Below are positions 6,208 to 14,769 of a stretch of 32,000 nucleotides of DNA, piece by piece; the stretch's first letter is position 1, and each line of letters opens with the position of its first letter. Origin of the DNA: Erysipelotrichaceae bacterium (GTDB lineage: Bacteria > Bacillota_I > Bacilli_A > Erysipelotrichales > Erysipelotrichaceae); NCBI GenBank assembly GCA_963676105.1, contig OY781039.1:390001-422000 (forward strand). Direction: 5' to 3'. The notes below the pieces were generated by a model. The model saw only the letters and a program-made list of their open reading frames with translations, was not told where the DNA came from and did no database searches. The translations under genes were made by a program, and so were the position numbers.

Positions 6208-8592
6208 ATGAAAGTAAGTTATAAATGGTTATCTACCTATGTAGATTTAAAAGACATATCTGCTCAAAACTTAGCAGATACACTCACTGAAGCAGGCATT
6301 GAAGTTGAAGGGATTGAACCTTTAGCATCTGGTACTGATCTAGTTGTCGGTGAAGTTTTAACCTGTGTGCCACATCCAGATAGTGATCATCTATCTTTAA
6401 CAACGGTTAATACAGGCAAAGAAGTTGTTCAAATTATTTGTGGTGCACCAAATGTGGCTGCAGGACAAAAAGTTATTGTGGCACAAAATGGTTCTATTTT
6501 ACCTGAAATCACCATTAAAAAAGCCAATATAAAAGGTCAAGAATCCAATGGGATGATTTGTGCTTTATATGAAATCGGTGTTGATAAAAAACATTTAACT
6601 GAAGAACAATTAAATGGGATTGAAGTTTTAGATGCAGATGCACCCGTTGGTGTAGAAGCACTTAGTTATTGTGGCTTAGATGACAGTATTTTAGATGTGA
6701 GTCCAACGCCAAATCGTAATGATGTACAAGCTATGTGGTCACTCGCTTTAGAAGTAGGTGCTTTATTAAATCGTGAAGTTAACTTACCTTGGGAAAAAGA
6801 CCTCCATAAAAAAGGGAAAGAATCAATATTACATGTTGATTCACTCACTAAAAAATGTCCAATAATATTAGGTAAACGCTTTGGTTCTTTAAAGGTTAAA
6901 GAATCACCAAAATGGATGGCTGACGCTTTACATGCAGTAGGCATGAAATCTATTAATAATGTGGTTGATATATCAAACTATGTCATGTTGGAAACAGGAC
7001 AACCTTTACACTTCTATGATGCGTCAAAACTCGCAAAACAAGAAATCGTTGTGGCAGATCATGTCAAAAAAGATTTTGAAACTTTAGATGGAACAATTAT
7101 CACTCCAGAAGAAAATGATTTAATCATCATTTGTAATGATACACCGATTGGTTTAGCTGGGATTATGGGGGGTGAAGATTCAAAAATTGATGAATCTACA
7201 AGTTCTATTGTGATTGAGGCAGCTCAATTTAATCCAGCATCGATTCGTCATTCATCACGTCGTGTTAATTTGATGACTGAAGCATCTTTACGCTTTCAAA
7301 AAGGCTTAGATCCGCAAGCAGCTTTAAAGGCAATGGATCGATGCGTTGCTTTACTTGAAGAATATGCAGATGCGAAAGACATTGAAGCTACACAAGTTGT
7401 TGGCGATTTAGAATACAAAGAAAAGATTGTAACTGTATCACATACACATTTAGAAGAATTATTAGGTCAAACAGTTGATTCAAAAGTCGCTTTAGATATT
7501 TTTGAAAGACTTCATTTTAGTCCAAAATATGAAAATGATGTTTATACTTGTTCAATTCCAAGTTATCGTTTAGATATTTTTGTAGCTGAAGATCTTATTG
7601 AAGAAGTAGGTCGTATTTTAGGTTATGAACAATTGCCAAATACACTACCAACTTTACCTGCAACTGCAGGGGGTTATAGTGCGAAACAAAAAATGAGAAA
7701 TCAAGTTCATGAAAGATTAATTGGTTTTGGTTTGCATGAAGTCATGACCTATACGCTTGTGCATGAAGATAAAACAAAAATAGGCGTGGATCCTTTAAAA
7801 GATCCAGCCATTCTAATTTCACCTATTTCTGAAGAGAGACGTGTGGTTAGAAATTCTGTTTTACCTTCAGTGTTAGAAAGTGTTAGTTATAACCAAAATC
7901 ATAAGATGAAAGACTTTGGTGTTTATGAGTTAACAAACTTAAATACTTTAAATGAAACACAAGAAAGACTTGCGATTGTCTTAAGTGGTCAATCCGTTTC
8001 ATCTTTATGGCAAAAACAACAAACTGCCAATGATTTCTACGCATTAAAGGGTATGGTTGAATCACTGCTTACTGAAATGGGATTTGCTTCAGTTCGACAA
8101 TCTTTTGAAGCTGTTGAAGATCATGAGATGTTTCATCCAAAACGCTGCGTAAAAGTGATGGTAGATCGTAAAGTCATCGGTTTATTAGGTGAAATTCATC
8201 CAAGCTACGCAAAAGCTGTCGATGTTTCAAAAGTTGTCATGTGTGAATTAAAACTTGAAACACTTTATTCAATGAAACAAACAAAGATTCGTTTTACACC
8301 AATTGTTAAGTATCCAGCGGTTACACGTGATTTAGCTTTTGTGGTTGAAAAGAATATCAGTGCTTCTCAAGTTGAGAAAGTAATCAAATCAGTGGGTTCT
8401 AAACTCATTAAACAAATTGATATCTTTGATATTTATGAAGGTGAACATATTGGTGAAGGTTTAAAATCAATGGCCTTAAAAATTATTTATCAGGCAAAAG
8501 ATCATACTTTCACTGAAGAAGAAATCACTGACCTTTATCAAAAAACCATTGATGAATGTCAAAAACAATTAAATGCAAAACTTAGATCTTAA
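6208..8592 (+). CDS. pheT: Phenylalanyl-tRNA synthetase beta subunit
   Basis: 794 aa. It has an N-terminal tRNA-binding (OB) domain (MKVSYKWLSTYVDL...), then B3/4, B5 and C-terminal FDX-ACB-like domains. SD aggaga is upstream. Confidence 0.96.
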   Translation: MKVSYKWLSTYVDLKDISAQNLADTLTEAGIEVEGIEPLASGTDLVVGEVLTCVPHPDSDHLSLTTVNTGKEVVQIICGAPNVAAGQKVIVAQNGSILPEITIKKANIKGQESNGMICALYEIGVDKKHLTEEQLNGIEVLDADAPVGVEALSYCGLDDSILDVSPTPNRNDVQAMWSLALEVGALLNREVNLPWEKDLHKKGKESILHVDSLTKKCPIILGKRFGSLKVKESPKWMADALHAVGMKSINNVVDISNYVMLETGQPLHFYDASKLAKQEIVVADHVKKDFETLDGTIITPEENDLIIICNDTPIGLAGIMGGEDSKIDESTSSIVIEAAQFNPASIRHSSRRVNLMTEASLRFQKGLDPQAALKAMDRCVALLEEYADAKDIEATQVVGDLEYKEKIVTVSHTHLEELLGQTVDSKVALDIFERLHFSPKYENDVYTCSIPSYRLDIFVAEDLIEEVGRILGYEQLPNTLPTLPATAGGYSAKQKMRNQVHERLIGFGLHEVMTYTLVHEDKTKIGVDPLKDPAILISPISEERRVVRNSVLPSVLESVSYNQNHKMKDFGVYELTNLNTLNETQERLAIVLSGQSVSSLWQKQQTANDFYALKGMVESLLTEMGFASVRQSFEAVEDHEMFHPKRCVKVMVDRKVIGLLGEIHPSYAKAVDVSKVVMCELKLETLYSMKQTKIRFTPIVKYPAVTRDLAFVVEKNISASQVEKVIKSVGSKLIKQIDIFDIYEGEHIGEGLKSMALKIIYQAKDHTFTEEEITDLYQKTIDECQKQLNAKLRS

Positions 8593-8596
8593 GCTT

Positions 8597-8605
8597 TGTT
8601 ATACT
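8597..8605 (+). promoter_or_regulatory. Extended -10 promoter (TGtTATACT) for yebC
   Basis: TG 8597-98 and TATACT 8600-05. The same cTTTGTTATAcTAG context occurs at 4141-4155. SD gagg at 8622-25 precedes ATG 8632. Confidence 0.5.
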
Positions 8606-8631
8606 AGTTAAGAGAACAAGAGAGGAATTTT

Positions 8632-9363
8632 ATGGGACGAGCGTTTGAAGTACGTAAAGCAGCAATGGCGAAAACAGCAGCTGCAAAAACAAAAGTATAT
8701 GCAAGATTTGGTAAAGAGATTTATATAGCTGCGAAAGCAGGGGTTCCTGATCCTGATATGAACGTTTCATTGAAACGTATTATTGATAAGGCTAAATCTA
8801 ATCAAGTACCAGCAGATGTTATTAAAAGAGCGATTGAAAAGGCAAAAGGTGGATCAGATGAATCCTATACTTCTGTTCGCTATGAAGGTTTTGGACCAGG
8901 CAATTGTACAGTTATGGTCGAATGTTTAACAGATAATGTTAACCGTACAGTTAGTGATGTTCGTAATTGTTTTACAAAATCTAAATCTAAAATGGGAGTA
9001 TCAGGTTCTGTTGCTCATCTCTATGATCATATTGGTTTACTTGCTTGTAAGCTAGATGATGAAGAAGCTGTTATGGATTGTTTAATCATGGCTGATGTTG
9101 AGTTATTAGAACTTGAGACAGAAGATGGCATTATGCAAATAACGGTTGCGCCGACAGATTTATACAAAGCAAAAGAAGCATTAGAAGCTCAATATGAAGG
9201 ATTAGAATTTGATATGGTTGAAAATACCTATCAACCTCAAGATACTGTTAAAGTATCAGGAGATGATGTTGATTTATTTAATCGTTTAATGAGCATGTTA
9301 GATGAATTAGATGATGTTCAAGAAGTTTATCACAATGCAGAAGTCGAAGAAAATGCAGCCTAA
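8632..9363 (+). CDS. yebC: YebC/PmpR (TACO1) family protein
   Basis: 243 aa. The N-terminus MGRAFEVRKAAMAKTAAAKTKVYARFGKEIYIAAK...DPDMNVSLKRIIDKAK is diagnostic of the family. Confidence 0.93.
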   Translation: MGRAFEVRKAAMAKTAAAKTKVYARFGKEIYIAAKAGVPDPDMNVSLKRIIDKAKSNQVPADVIKRAIEKAKGGSDESYTSVRYEGFGPGNCTVMVECLTDNVNRTVSDVRNCFTKSKSKMGVSGSVAHLYDHIGLLACKLDDEEAVMDCLIMADVELLELETEDGIMQITVAPTDLYKAKEALEAQYEGLEFDMVENTYQPQDTVKVSGDDVDLFNRLMSMLDELDDVQEVYHNAEVEENAA

Positions 9364-9379
9364 GCTGCATTTTCTTTTT
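9349..9379 (+). terminator. Rho-independent terminator of yebC
   Basis: gaaaatgcagc-ctaa-gctgcattttc: an 11-bp stem enclosing the stop codon, followed by a T-run. Confidence 0.8.
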
Positions 9380-9459
9380 AATACTTTTGACTTCTTACTT
9401 TGTGAAAATATAGGATAGAATATAAAAGAAAAGAATCTTGGGAGGGAAGCCGGAAAATT

Positions 9460-10551
9460 ATGAAAATAAAAGATTTACCGATATTTCAGTATAAAAATTT
9501 AGATTATCACAATCGTGTTGCGGTTATTTTCATGTCGTCTGGTTTGATTATGGCTTCCATTGCTTCTTTTACAAATATAATTTTTGGAATATCATTTTTA
9601 ATCAACTTACCTAATCTGATACTTATGATAATTTCAATCATTTTGATTCTCTTTTTCCCAACTCAAATTGAAAAGATTGCCGTAGCGATTATGTATTTTA
9701 TTGCATTCCTCTACTTACCGTTTAATTTCTTTACAGGTGGTGGTTATGTTGGTTCTTTGCCAATTTATTTTGTCATGATCATGGTTTATTTTGGGATGTA
9801 TTTAAAAACAAACAAAGCAGCAATTATTATTTCAATTGTACTTGGGATTTATTTTAGTACTTTGATTATCTACTCTTATATGAATCCATCTCTTGTTATC
9901 CCGTATGAAGATGAAATGTCTGTGATGATTGATAACATCATTGGAATGGTTATGGTTGCCATAAATATCATCTTAATCGGGCGGGTAACGGTTAATCGTT
10001 ATATCCATGAAAGAGACTATAATGCTTCTTTAGTGAGTGAACTTGAAGAGAAAAACAAACAATTGCAGGAAATGGCAACAACGGATTTACTTACCGGCTT
10101 GTATAATCGTGGTTATTTTATCGATGTTTTACAAAAACAATTGGATTTGATGAAAGATTCCAATAACCAAATCGCAGTGATGATGATTGATGTTGATAAA
10201 TTCAAGGACATCAATGATACCTGGGGACATCTCTATGGTGATTTGATTCTAAAAAAGATTTCCAAAGCCATTTTGGAGAGTGTTCGGGAACAGGATGTCG
10301 TGGCTCGATACGCTGGTGATGAATTTATTATCATGATTTATCATCTTGATGATGAAACAACACAGAATGTTGCAGAAAGAGTCCATCAATCTGTTGTAAG
10401 CTTAAGTCATCGCGAAAATCATAAAACAACATTGAGTATAGGCGTTGCTAAAGTAAAGAAGAATGAATCATTAGAAAATCTTCTAAAGAGAGCTGATGAG
10501 AATATGTATCATGCTAAGAAAAAAGGAAGGAATAAAGTTGTTTATAAATAG
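9460..10551 (+). CDS. Membrane-anchored GGDEF-domain diguanylate cyclase (AGDEF variant, I-site RxxD present)
   Basis: The N-terminal ~175 aa are hydrophobic, with about 6 predicted TM segments. The C-terminal GGDEF domain contains DLLTGLYNRGYF and AGDEF (A285-F289, nt 10312-10326). RxxD (REQD, 10285-10296) lies 5 residues upstream. SD gggaggg is upstream. Confidence 0.88.
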   Translation: MKIKDLPIFQYKNLDYHNRVAVIFMSSGLIMASIASFTNIIFGISFLINLPNLILMIISIILILFFPTQIEKIAVAIMYFIAFLYLPFNFFTGGGYVGSLPIYFVMIMVYFGMYLKTNKAAIIISIVLGIYFSTLIIYSYMNPSLVIPYEDEMSVMIDNIIGMVMVAINIILIGRVTVNRYIHERDYNASLVSELEEKNKQLQEMATTDLLTGLYNRGYFIDVLQKQLDLMKDSNNQIAVMMIDVDKFKDINDTWGHLYGDLILKKISKAILESVREQDVVARYAGDEFIIMIYHLDDETTQNVAERVHQSVVSLSHRENHKTTLSIGVAKVKKNESLENLLKRADENMYHAKKKGRNKVVYK

Positions 10552-10577
10552 AGCTTGCATTTTATGCAAGCTTTTTT
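10552..10577. terminator. Shared terminator hairpin between the convergent cyclase and tmcAL genes
   Basis: agcttgcat-ttt-atgcaagct: 9-bp stem with T6 on the + strand. The T-tract is poorer on the - strand. Confidence 0.75.
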
Positions 10578-11691
10578 AATCTATTATGATAGGTCCTTCA
10601 ATTTCTCTTTGAAGGATACGTTTTCTTTCTGTTTCGCTTAAGGAACTCGTATATGCAATCGTTGCTCGATATTCCATATCTCTTTGCTTTTTATGAATTT
10701 GATTAAATCGTGAAGCAACTTTAATAAGTTCTTTGTCTAAAGTTTTTAGATACGCTTGTCCAATGGAATTCATCCCTAATAATCTTAATGTATTAAGAGG
10801 AGGAAGATTTTGTACTTCTTGTTTTGTGGTATGAGTCAAAATATGGGCAAGTGTTCTTTGAATACGTGCTCTTGTATAACGTTTGCTTATAACCGTGTTC
10901 ATAAAATAATCAAAGTCTTCAAAATCTTTTGCATGTTTAATGAGATGGTTTTCTAGTCCTTCGCTCATTAAGAAAATATCTTTTAGGATTGATTTAGGTG
11001 TTGTAAGTAACTTTAATCTTAAGTATGGATAAAATTTTGATAATGAATTTAGTTCACTTGAAAGTAATAAGTCTTTCATGGGGCTTTGATCACCTATATC
11101 TTCATGATTAAATAATGCTTTTCTAATGGCTGAAGCACTTGCGATAGCTTCATGAATATCTTCAGAGTGATAAGCATTGGTTCTTTGGATGGTGTGTGCT
11201 TTTATATTTGTGTTTTTAATAGCTTTTAAATAAGCAATCCCTAAAATATCATTTGGGTGAAAGGGACCATGAATCATATTGTATGCTTGTGGATAACTCA
11301 TACCTTGTTTAAGGCTTTCTTTTAAATGATCGACATTGATTGGTAGATCAGCAATTTCTTGCATGAATTCAAAATCATTAGATTCTGAACCAAAGACAAT
11401 ATCTGTACATCCTGCAATGTTTAATAAATTTACTGCGTGTTTGGCAAATCTTGAGGCGTCTTGAACAGAAGCGATATAAGGTAATTCAATGACAATATCA
11501 ACACCATTCTCTAGAGCTGCTTGAGTGCGTTTCCATTTGTCGACAATGGCTGGTTCACCTCGTTGCATAAAGTGTCCTGACATAACAATGATTAAAACAT
11601 CACAATTTGTTAGTCGACGTGCTTCTTGTATATGGTGGAGATGACCTTTGTGGAAAGGATTGTATTCAGTAATTAAGCCTGTGATAATCAT
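10576..11691 (-). CDS. tmcAL: tRNA(Met) cytidine acetate ligase TmcAL (YlbM/UPF0348 family)
   Basis: MIITGLITEYNPFHKGHLHHI...MSGHFMQRGEPAIVDKW aligns residue-for-residue with my recollection of the B. subtilis YlbM N-terminus when started at the second ATG (11691). The track start at 11697 adds MR. Confidence 0.9.
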   Translation of the reverse strand: MIITGLITEYNPFHKGHLHHIQEARRLTNCDVLIIVMSGHFMQRGEPAIVDKWKRTQAALENGVDIVIELPYIASVQDASRFAKHAVNLLNIAGCTDIVFGSESNDFEFMQEIADLPINVDHLKESLKQGMSYPQAYNMIHGPFHPNDILGIAYLKAIKNTNIKAHTIQRTNAYHSEDIHEAIASASAIRKALFNHEDIGDQSPMKDLLLSSELNSLSKFYPYLRLKLLTTPKSILKDIFLMSEGLENHLIKHAKDFEDFDYFMNTVISKRYTRARIQRTLAHILTHTTKQEVQNLPPLNTLRLLGMNSIGQAYLKTLDKELIKVASRFNQIHKKQRDMEYRATIAYTSSLSETERKRILQREIEGPIIID

Positions 11692-11697
11692 GCGCAT

Positions 11698-11706
11698 ATT
11701 TTAGCA
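11698..11706 (-). promoter_or_regulatory. Extended -10 promoter (TGcTAAAAT, minus strand); +1 predicted at the A of ATG 11691 (leaderless)
   Basis: The minus strand reads gaaaTGcTAAAAT-atgcgc-ATGattatc, so exactly 6 nt lie between the hexamer and the ATG at 11691. No SD is present. Confidence 0.5.
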
Positions 11707-11759
11707 TTTCTAAGCATTCTTTTCATTAGAAGCGTATGATAGTTATATTAGGAGCTTTT

Positions 11760-12677
11760 ATGAAACAGAAAAAAATTCATTTTACTTCACCCATTGACCA
11801 AGAAATGATTCATGCATTGCACACAGAGCATGATGATTCAAAAGTCTTAGTTGTTTTTTTACATGGTATGGCTGAACATAAAGATCGTTATTTAGACTTT
11901 GTGAGAGAGTGTTCAAAAGAAAATATGGATACTTTACTCATTGATCATCGAGGTCATGGTGAAAGTTTATATAAGGGGGCAATAAAAGGGCACTTCGCTG
12001 AAAATTTAGGTTGGTATACCAATACTAGTGATTTAAAAGACTTAGTTAATCAAGTTAATCAAAAAGAATTGCCGATTGTTTTATTTGGTCATTCCATGGG
12101 TTCTTTATTTGCAAGATCTTACCTTAAGCATTATCCTAAAAATATCAAAGCTGTTTATTTAAGTGGTTCACCTGATTATTCATCTACCGCTCCAGTTGCG
12201 CGTATCCTAGCACAATTTATAAGTATGGTAAAAGGACCACTTCATTATAGTAAATTTTTAAATGATCAAGTCTTCAAAGCGTTTAATAAAAGCATTTCAA
12301 ATCCAAAAACTGACTTTGATTGGTTAAGTTATAATCATGATAATGTAGTAAATTATATCAATGATGATTTATGTGGGTTTATGTTTACCACAAAAGCGAT
12401 GGAAGATTTGGCAGTTGGTTTAGTTGATGTTTATAAGGAAGAAAAATGGACTGTTTTAAATCCTGAGACTGCTATCCATTTTATCAGTGGTATAGATGAT
12501 CCAACACATCGTCCAAAAGGTTTAGAATATGCGGTTAAAAGAATGAATAAACAAGGTTATTCTAATGTTAATTTTGAATATGTAGAAAACGCTCGTCATG
12601 AGATTTATCATGAAGATATGGCTAAATCTTTAAGACAAGATTTTATCGCTTGGATACAAGATAAAGTAGTGGTTTAA
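11760..12677 (+). CDS. Alpha/beta hydrolase (lysophospholipase/monoacylglycerol lipase-like)
   Basis: HG oxyanion motif (VVFLHGMAEH), nucleophile elbow GHSMGS, and a C-terminal catalytic His region (NARHEIYHE). Start is placed at ATG 11760, with SD ggag at 11751-54. Confidence 0.8.
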   Translation: MKQKKIHFTSPIDQEMIHALHTEHDDSKVLVVFLHGMAEHKDRYLDFVRECSKENMDTLLIDHRGHGESLYKGAIKGHFAENLGWYTNTSDLKDLVNQVNQKELPIVLFGHSMGSLFARSYLKHYPKNIKAVYLSGSPDYSSTAPVARILAQFISMVKGPLHYSKFLNDQVFKAFNKSISNPKTDFDWLSYNHDNVVNYINDDLCGFMFTTKAMEDLAVGLVDVYKEEKWTVLNPETAIHFISGIDDPTHRPKGLEYAVKRMNKQGYSNVNFEYVENARHEIYHEDMAKSLRQDFIAWIQDKVVV

Positions 12678-12682
12678 GAGCG

Positions 12683-12711
12683 TTGACTTTTAGGTGTCTT
12701 TTCTCTATAAT
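12683..12711 (+). promoter_or_regulatory. Sigma-A-type promoter TTGACT-17-TATAAT for yceD-rpmF
   Basis: -35 ttgact at 12683-88, an exact 17-nt spacer, and -10 tataat at 12706-11. Confidence 0.65.
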
Positions 12712-12740
12712 AAGCACGTTGACGAAAAAGGGTGTTTGAA

Positions 12741-13250
12741 ATGAAACTGTCTAGACATGAGATCCTAAATATTCCACTTGAGGGTCAAGAGTTTGAGACA
12801 AGCCTTCATTTTGAGATCAGTGAAATTCCAGAATACATGAATGTTCGCGCAATTAGCGATGTTGATGTAGATGGAAAATTGATTTATGATCCATATTCAA
12901 AACACTTAATGGTTGACGTTCATCTAAGTGGTGAATTAACACTTGTCTGTTCAATTACATTCAAGGATGTCCCGTATGAATTTGAAGCTGATGGCCAACT
13001 TGTATATGGCTTTGATGTTGAAGAAGATAAGGAAATCCTACCAATTGATTCAGATGAACTAGATCTTAAATCCGATTTCTTAGATTTGATATGGGTTGAG
13101 ATTCCAAGTACAATCATCGCAGATGATGTTAAAGAATTACCGCACGGCCAACATTGGGAGGTCGTACGTGAGAGTGATTATGTTGCTCGAGAAAAAGAAC
13201 CCGATGAACGTTTAGCAAAATTAAAAGATTTCAAGTTTGAAGACGAGTAG
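12741..13250 (+). CDS. yceD: YceD/DUF177 family protein (B. subtilis YlbN-like)
   Basis: ~169 aa acidic protein immediately upstream of rpmF, a conserved yceD-rpmF pair. ATG 12741 is preferred over GTG 12732. Confidence 0.8.
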   Translation: MKLSRHEILNIPLEGQEFETSLHFEISEIPEYMNVRAISDVDVDGKLIYDPYSKHLMVDVHLSGELTLVCSITFKDVPYEFEADGQLVYGFDVEEDKEILPIDSDELDLKSDFLDLIWVEIPSTIIADDVKELPHGQHWEVVRESDYVAREKEPDERLAKLKDFKFEDE

Positions 13251-13261
13251 GAGGTGTATTT

Positions 13262-13411
13262 ATGGCGATTCAACAAAGACGCGTATCAAAAACACGCAAA
13301 GCAAAACGTAGAACACATTATAAGTTGGCAGCTCCAACTATAGTTAAATGCCCAAGCTGTGGTGCTTATAAGAGACCACATCACGCTTGTGAAGAATGTG
13401 GTGCGAAATAA
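13262..13411 (+). CDS. rpmF: 50S ribosomal protein L32
   Basis: Not in the ORF track because it is too short. Translation: MAIQQRRVSKTRKAKRRTHYKLAAPTIVKCPSCGAYKRPHHACEECGAK*. It has a strong SD taggaggtg and a CxxC...CxxC zinc ribbon. Confidence 0.93.
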   Translation: MAIQQRRVSKTRKAKRRTHYKLAAPTIVKCPSCGAYKRPHHACEECGAK

Positions 13412-13433
13412 GGAAGAGACTCTTCCTTTTTTT
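13411..13433 (+). terminator. Rho-independent terminator of rpmF
   Basis: aggaaga-gac-tcttcct: 7-bp stem, followed by T7. Confidence 0.7.
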
Positions 13434-13435
13434 AT

Positions 13436-14203
13436 ATGCTAAGTCATTTCTATAAAATTAAATACTTTGAAGAAAGTTTAGATCGAGAAGTGGAACTCTT
13501 TTTTGTGAGCAATTGTGACGAAAAAGAAAATGCACCCCTCATCATCATGCATGATGGTCAAAATCTATTTGAAGATGAAACGGCAGCGTTTGGTCGTTCT
13601 TGGCGACTTTTAGATCAAGTCTTTCATGAAGACTTTCCAAAGTGTCATATCGTTGGTATTTCTAATTCTCAAAAGGAGAATGGACGCTTAGATGAATACT
13701 CACCATGGACATGTTCAGATGATTTTGGGATAAATGCTGGTTTCGGATTAGAAGTCGGTGGAAGAGGGTATATCTACTTGGATTATATCTTTAAAAAACT
13801 ACTTCCTGATTTAAAGAAAAGACTTAAGTTTAAAGAAGTATATATGGGTGGATCATCAATGGGTGGATTTATATCCATGGTCGCTGCCCTTAAATACCCT
13901 AAAAAATTAAGCGGTGTATTCTGTATGTCTAACGCTTGGTGGTTTGCGTATGATGATCTTATTAAACTGTTACGTAAAACAAAAACTCAACTTCCTAAAA
14001 TTTATTTAGATACAGGGACTAAAGAGAGTTCAGACGCAATAGTAAGAAAATCTTATCGTGATCTACATGATGATATTGTTTCTGAGTTGAAACAAAAAGA
14101 GACACAAAAATTAATTGCGAAAATGTTTAGAAAAGCCATTCATAATGAAGCTGAATGGGAGAAACGTTTTACACCCATGATTAAAGAATTGTTTGAAGAA
14201 TAA
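13436..14203 (+). CDS. Putative esterase (alpha/beta hydrolase, esterase-D/enterochelin-esterase-like family)
   Basis: 255 aa with IIMHDGQNLF and nucleophile motif GGSSMGG. No SD or promoter is visible between the rpmF terminator and the ATG, so the start is uncertain. Confidence 0.7.
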   Translation: MLSHFYKIKYFEESLDREVELFFVSNCDEKENAPLIIMHDGQNLFEDETAAFGRSWRLLDQVFHEDFPKCHIVGISNSQKENGRLDEYSPWTCSDDFGINAGFGLEVGGRGYIYLDYIFKKLLPDLKKRLKFKEVYMGGSSMGGFISMVAALKYPKKLSGVFCMSNAWWFAYDDLIKLLRKTKTQLPKIYLDTGTKESSDAIVRKSYRDLHDDIVSELKQKETQKLIAKMFRKAIHNEAEWEKRFTPMIKELFEE

Positions 14204-14233
14204 CTAAAACTTAACATAAATAGATATATAAAA

Positions 14234-14268
14234 GAAAATTGCAGAAAAACGCAGTTTTCTTTTTCTTT
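14234..14268 (+). terminator. Rho-independent terminator of the esterase gene
   Basis: gaaaattgc-agaaaaac-gcagttttc: 9 bp including one U-G pair, followed by tttttcttt. Confidence 0.65.
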
Positions 14269-14283
14269 ATGCCTAAATGGGTT

Positions 14284-14289
14284 TATAAT
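14284..14289 (+). promoter_or_regulatory. -10 hexamer TATAAT of the mraZ (dcw) promoter
   Basis: Perfect TATAAT lies directly upstream of the GTGG repeat array. The -35 is weak (ttttct at a 17-nt spacing). Confidence 0.5.
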
Positions 14290-14290
14290 G

Positions 14291-14325
14291 GTGGTAGATT
14301 GTGGTAGAAAGTGGAGAAAAGTGGG
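14291..14325 (+). promoter_or_regulatory. MraZ-box array: four direct GTGG(T/A/G) repeats at exact 10-bp spacing
   Basis: GTGGTagatt GTGGTagaaa GTGGAgaaaa GTGGGtaatt, at 14291, 14301, 14311 and 14321. Direct repeats with about 10-bp phasing upstream of mraZ are the described binding architecture of MraZ. Confidence 0.75.
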
Positions 14326-14331
14326 TAATTT

Positions 14332-14769
14332 ATGTCCATGTTCATGGGTGAATACAGACACAATGCTGATAAAAAAGGACGAATTATCATACCCGTCCGT
14401 TTTCGTGAAGCGTTAGGTGAAAGTATTGTTGCCACTAAAGGACTTGATGGTTGTATTACTGTCTACACATTAAATCAATGGGAAAGTATCTTAGAAGGTT
14501 TACAAAAACTACCTACAACTAAAAAAGAATCACGTATGTATATTCATATGTTAACCGCTCGTGCTGCTCAATGTGAGTTTGATTCTCAAGGGCGGATCTT
14601 ATTACCGCAGCCATTAATGGAAGATGCTCAAATCGATAAAGAGTGTGTTGTTGTTGGTGTGGCTGATCATGTTGAGATTTGGTCAAGAACTCGTTGGGAC
14701 GAATATTACGAAAGTGCTAGTGAAAGTTTTGAAGAAGTCGCTGAAAAGTTAACGGAGTTTATTCGCTAA
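14332..14769 (+). CDS. mraZ: Transcriptional regulator MraZ
   Basis: MFMGEYRHNADKKGRIIIPVRFREALG... contains two SpoVT/AbrB-like halves. The true start may be ATG 14338 (MFMGEY, as I recall for B. subtilis MraZ). Confidence 0.93.
   Translation: MSMFMGEYRHNADKKGRIIIPVRFREALGESIVATKGLDGCITVYTLNQWESILEGLQKLPTTKKESRMYIHMLTARAAQCEFDSQGRILLPQPLMEDAQIDKECVVVGVADHVEIWSRTRWDEYYESASESFEEVAEKLTEFIR

Noticed and set aside
14140-14361. 73-aa minus-strand ORF across the esterase/mraZ intergenic region
   Set aside because: It runs antisense through a terminator, the mraZ promoter and the GTGG box array. It has no SD and no recognisable product.
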